A DNA stretch of 64,000 nt from an uncultured Hyphomicrobiales bacterium (GTDB lineage: Bacteria > Pseudomonadota > Alphaproteobacteria > Rhizobiales > CAZSNL01). Each line of letters begins with the position of its first letter. Position 1 is the first letter of the stretch. The position numbers and the translations under genes were made by a program. Shown in pieces: positions 63,834-64,000 of the stretch. Location: positions 9,088 to 73,087 of the forward strand of contig CAZSNL010000001.1 in NCBI GenBank assembly GCA_964608275.1, written 5' to 3'. A model generated the notes under the pieces. It made no database searches. It was not told where the DNA came from and worked only from the letters and a program-made list of their open reading frames with translations.

Positions 63834-64000
63834 TTATGGCTGAAGCGGCCACAGCAGTGGAATGCCGAGAATGGTAACAGTGCCGGCAAGCAGGTTCATC
63901 GGGATCCCGATACGGAGAAAGTCGCTGAACCGGTAGCCGCCGGCGGAGTAGACAAGAGTGTTGGTCTGGTAGCCGATCGGCGTGGCAAAGCTCGCGCTCG
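63834..64000 (-). CDS. 3' end of an SLC13/DASS-type permease gene, truncated by the window edge
   Basis: The reverse strand reads ...[52 protein letters not shown], then TAA (63834-63836). The PIGYQTN..VY..GGY.F.DF motif is characteristic of this permease family. It is not in the ORF track because it has no start in the window. Confidence 0.6.
   Translation of the reverse strand, partial: SASFATPIGYQTNTLVYSAGGYRFSDFLRIGIPMNLLAGTVTILGIPLLWPLQP

Noticed and set aside
1-64000. CRISPR arrays, rRNA genes, insertion sequences, prophage genes and toxin-antitoxin or known defence-system genes.
   Set aside because: I saw no spaced direct repeats, rRNA-like segments, terminal inverted repeats with a transposase, or nuclease/helicase/methylase-type ORFs on either strand.

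Overview
GC-rich bacterial chromosomal segment. The gene content looks alphaproteobacterial (many ABC and TRAP importers, NarL/LuxR regulator, Ku-LigD, NsrR), but I cannot assign a taxon. I call about 65 protein genes and one tRNA. I saw no rRNA, CRISPR array, transposase or integrase.

Layout, left to right:
- CBS-domain protein and a frameshifted cupin gene.
- glnHPQ-like importer + C45 hydrolase + RpiR regulator operon (minus strand).
- ku-ligD NHEJ pair, an LLM oxidoreductase and a Liv-type ABC system.
- Hybrid histidine kinase and a NarL-type response regulator.
- A 12.4-kb minus-strand bacterial microcompartment (BMC) locus (17573-29922). It holds two tandem-BMC shell proteins, one hexamer, one pentamer and a CoA-acylating aldehyde dehydrogenase with a C-terminal encapsulation-peptide-like helix. 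It also holds a class-III aminotransferase-fold enzyme, an APH-fold kinase, an SDR, a Pot-type ABC importer and an AraC regulator.
- BMP-family ABC system with an amidohydrolase, then a MOSC protein.
- NsrR-centred nitrosative-stress module (truncated haemoglobin, hemerythrin).
- TerB, then a racemase/SDR/TRAP/GntR cluster that shares a palindromic operator.
- tRNA-Thr(CGU), followed by a giant GT4-GT2 glycosyltransferase and a sulfotransferase.
- A GntR-led B12 acyl-CoA mutase operon carrying the 2-hydroxyisobutyryl-CoA mutase signature residues, with an embedded HACL/OXC-like ThDP enzyme.
- A tandem hotdog thioesterase, a Pcm-erythromycin-esterase fusion, an SPFH-NfeD pair and a truncated SLC13-type permease.

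The most interesting signal is the BMC locus. Its enzyme set matches the aminoacetone/1-amino-2-propanol (RMM/AAUM) metabolosome known from actinobacteria, but here it sits in a proteobacterial-looking context with different transport and regulation. A 34-bp bipartite repeat precedes both halves of the locus.

All functional calls come from reading the translated ORFs by eye. No database search was run.
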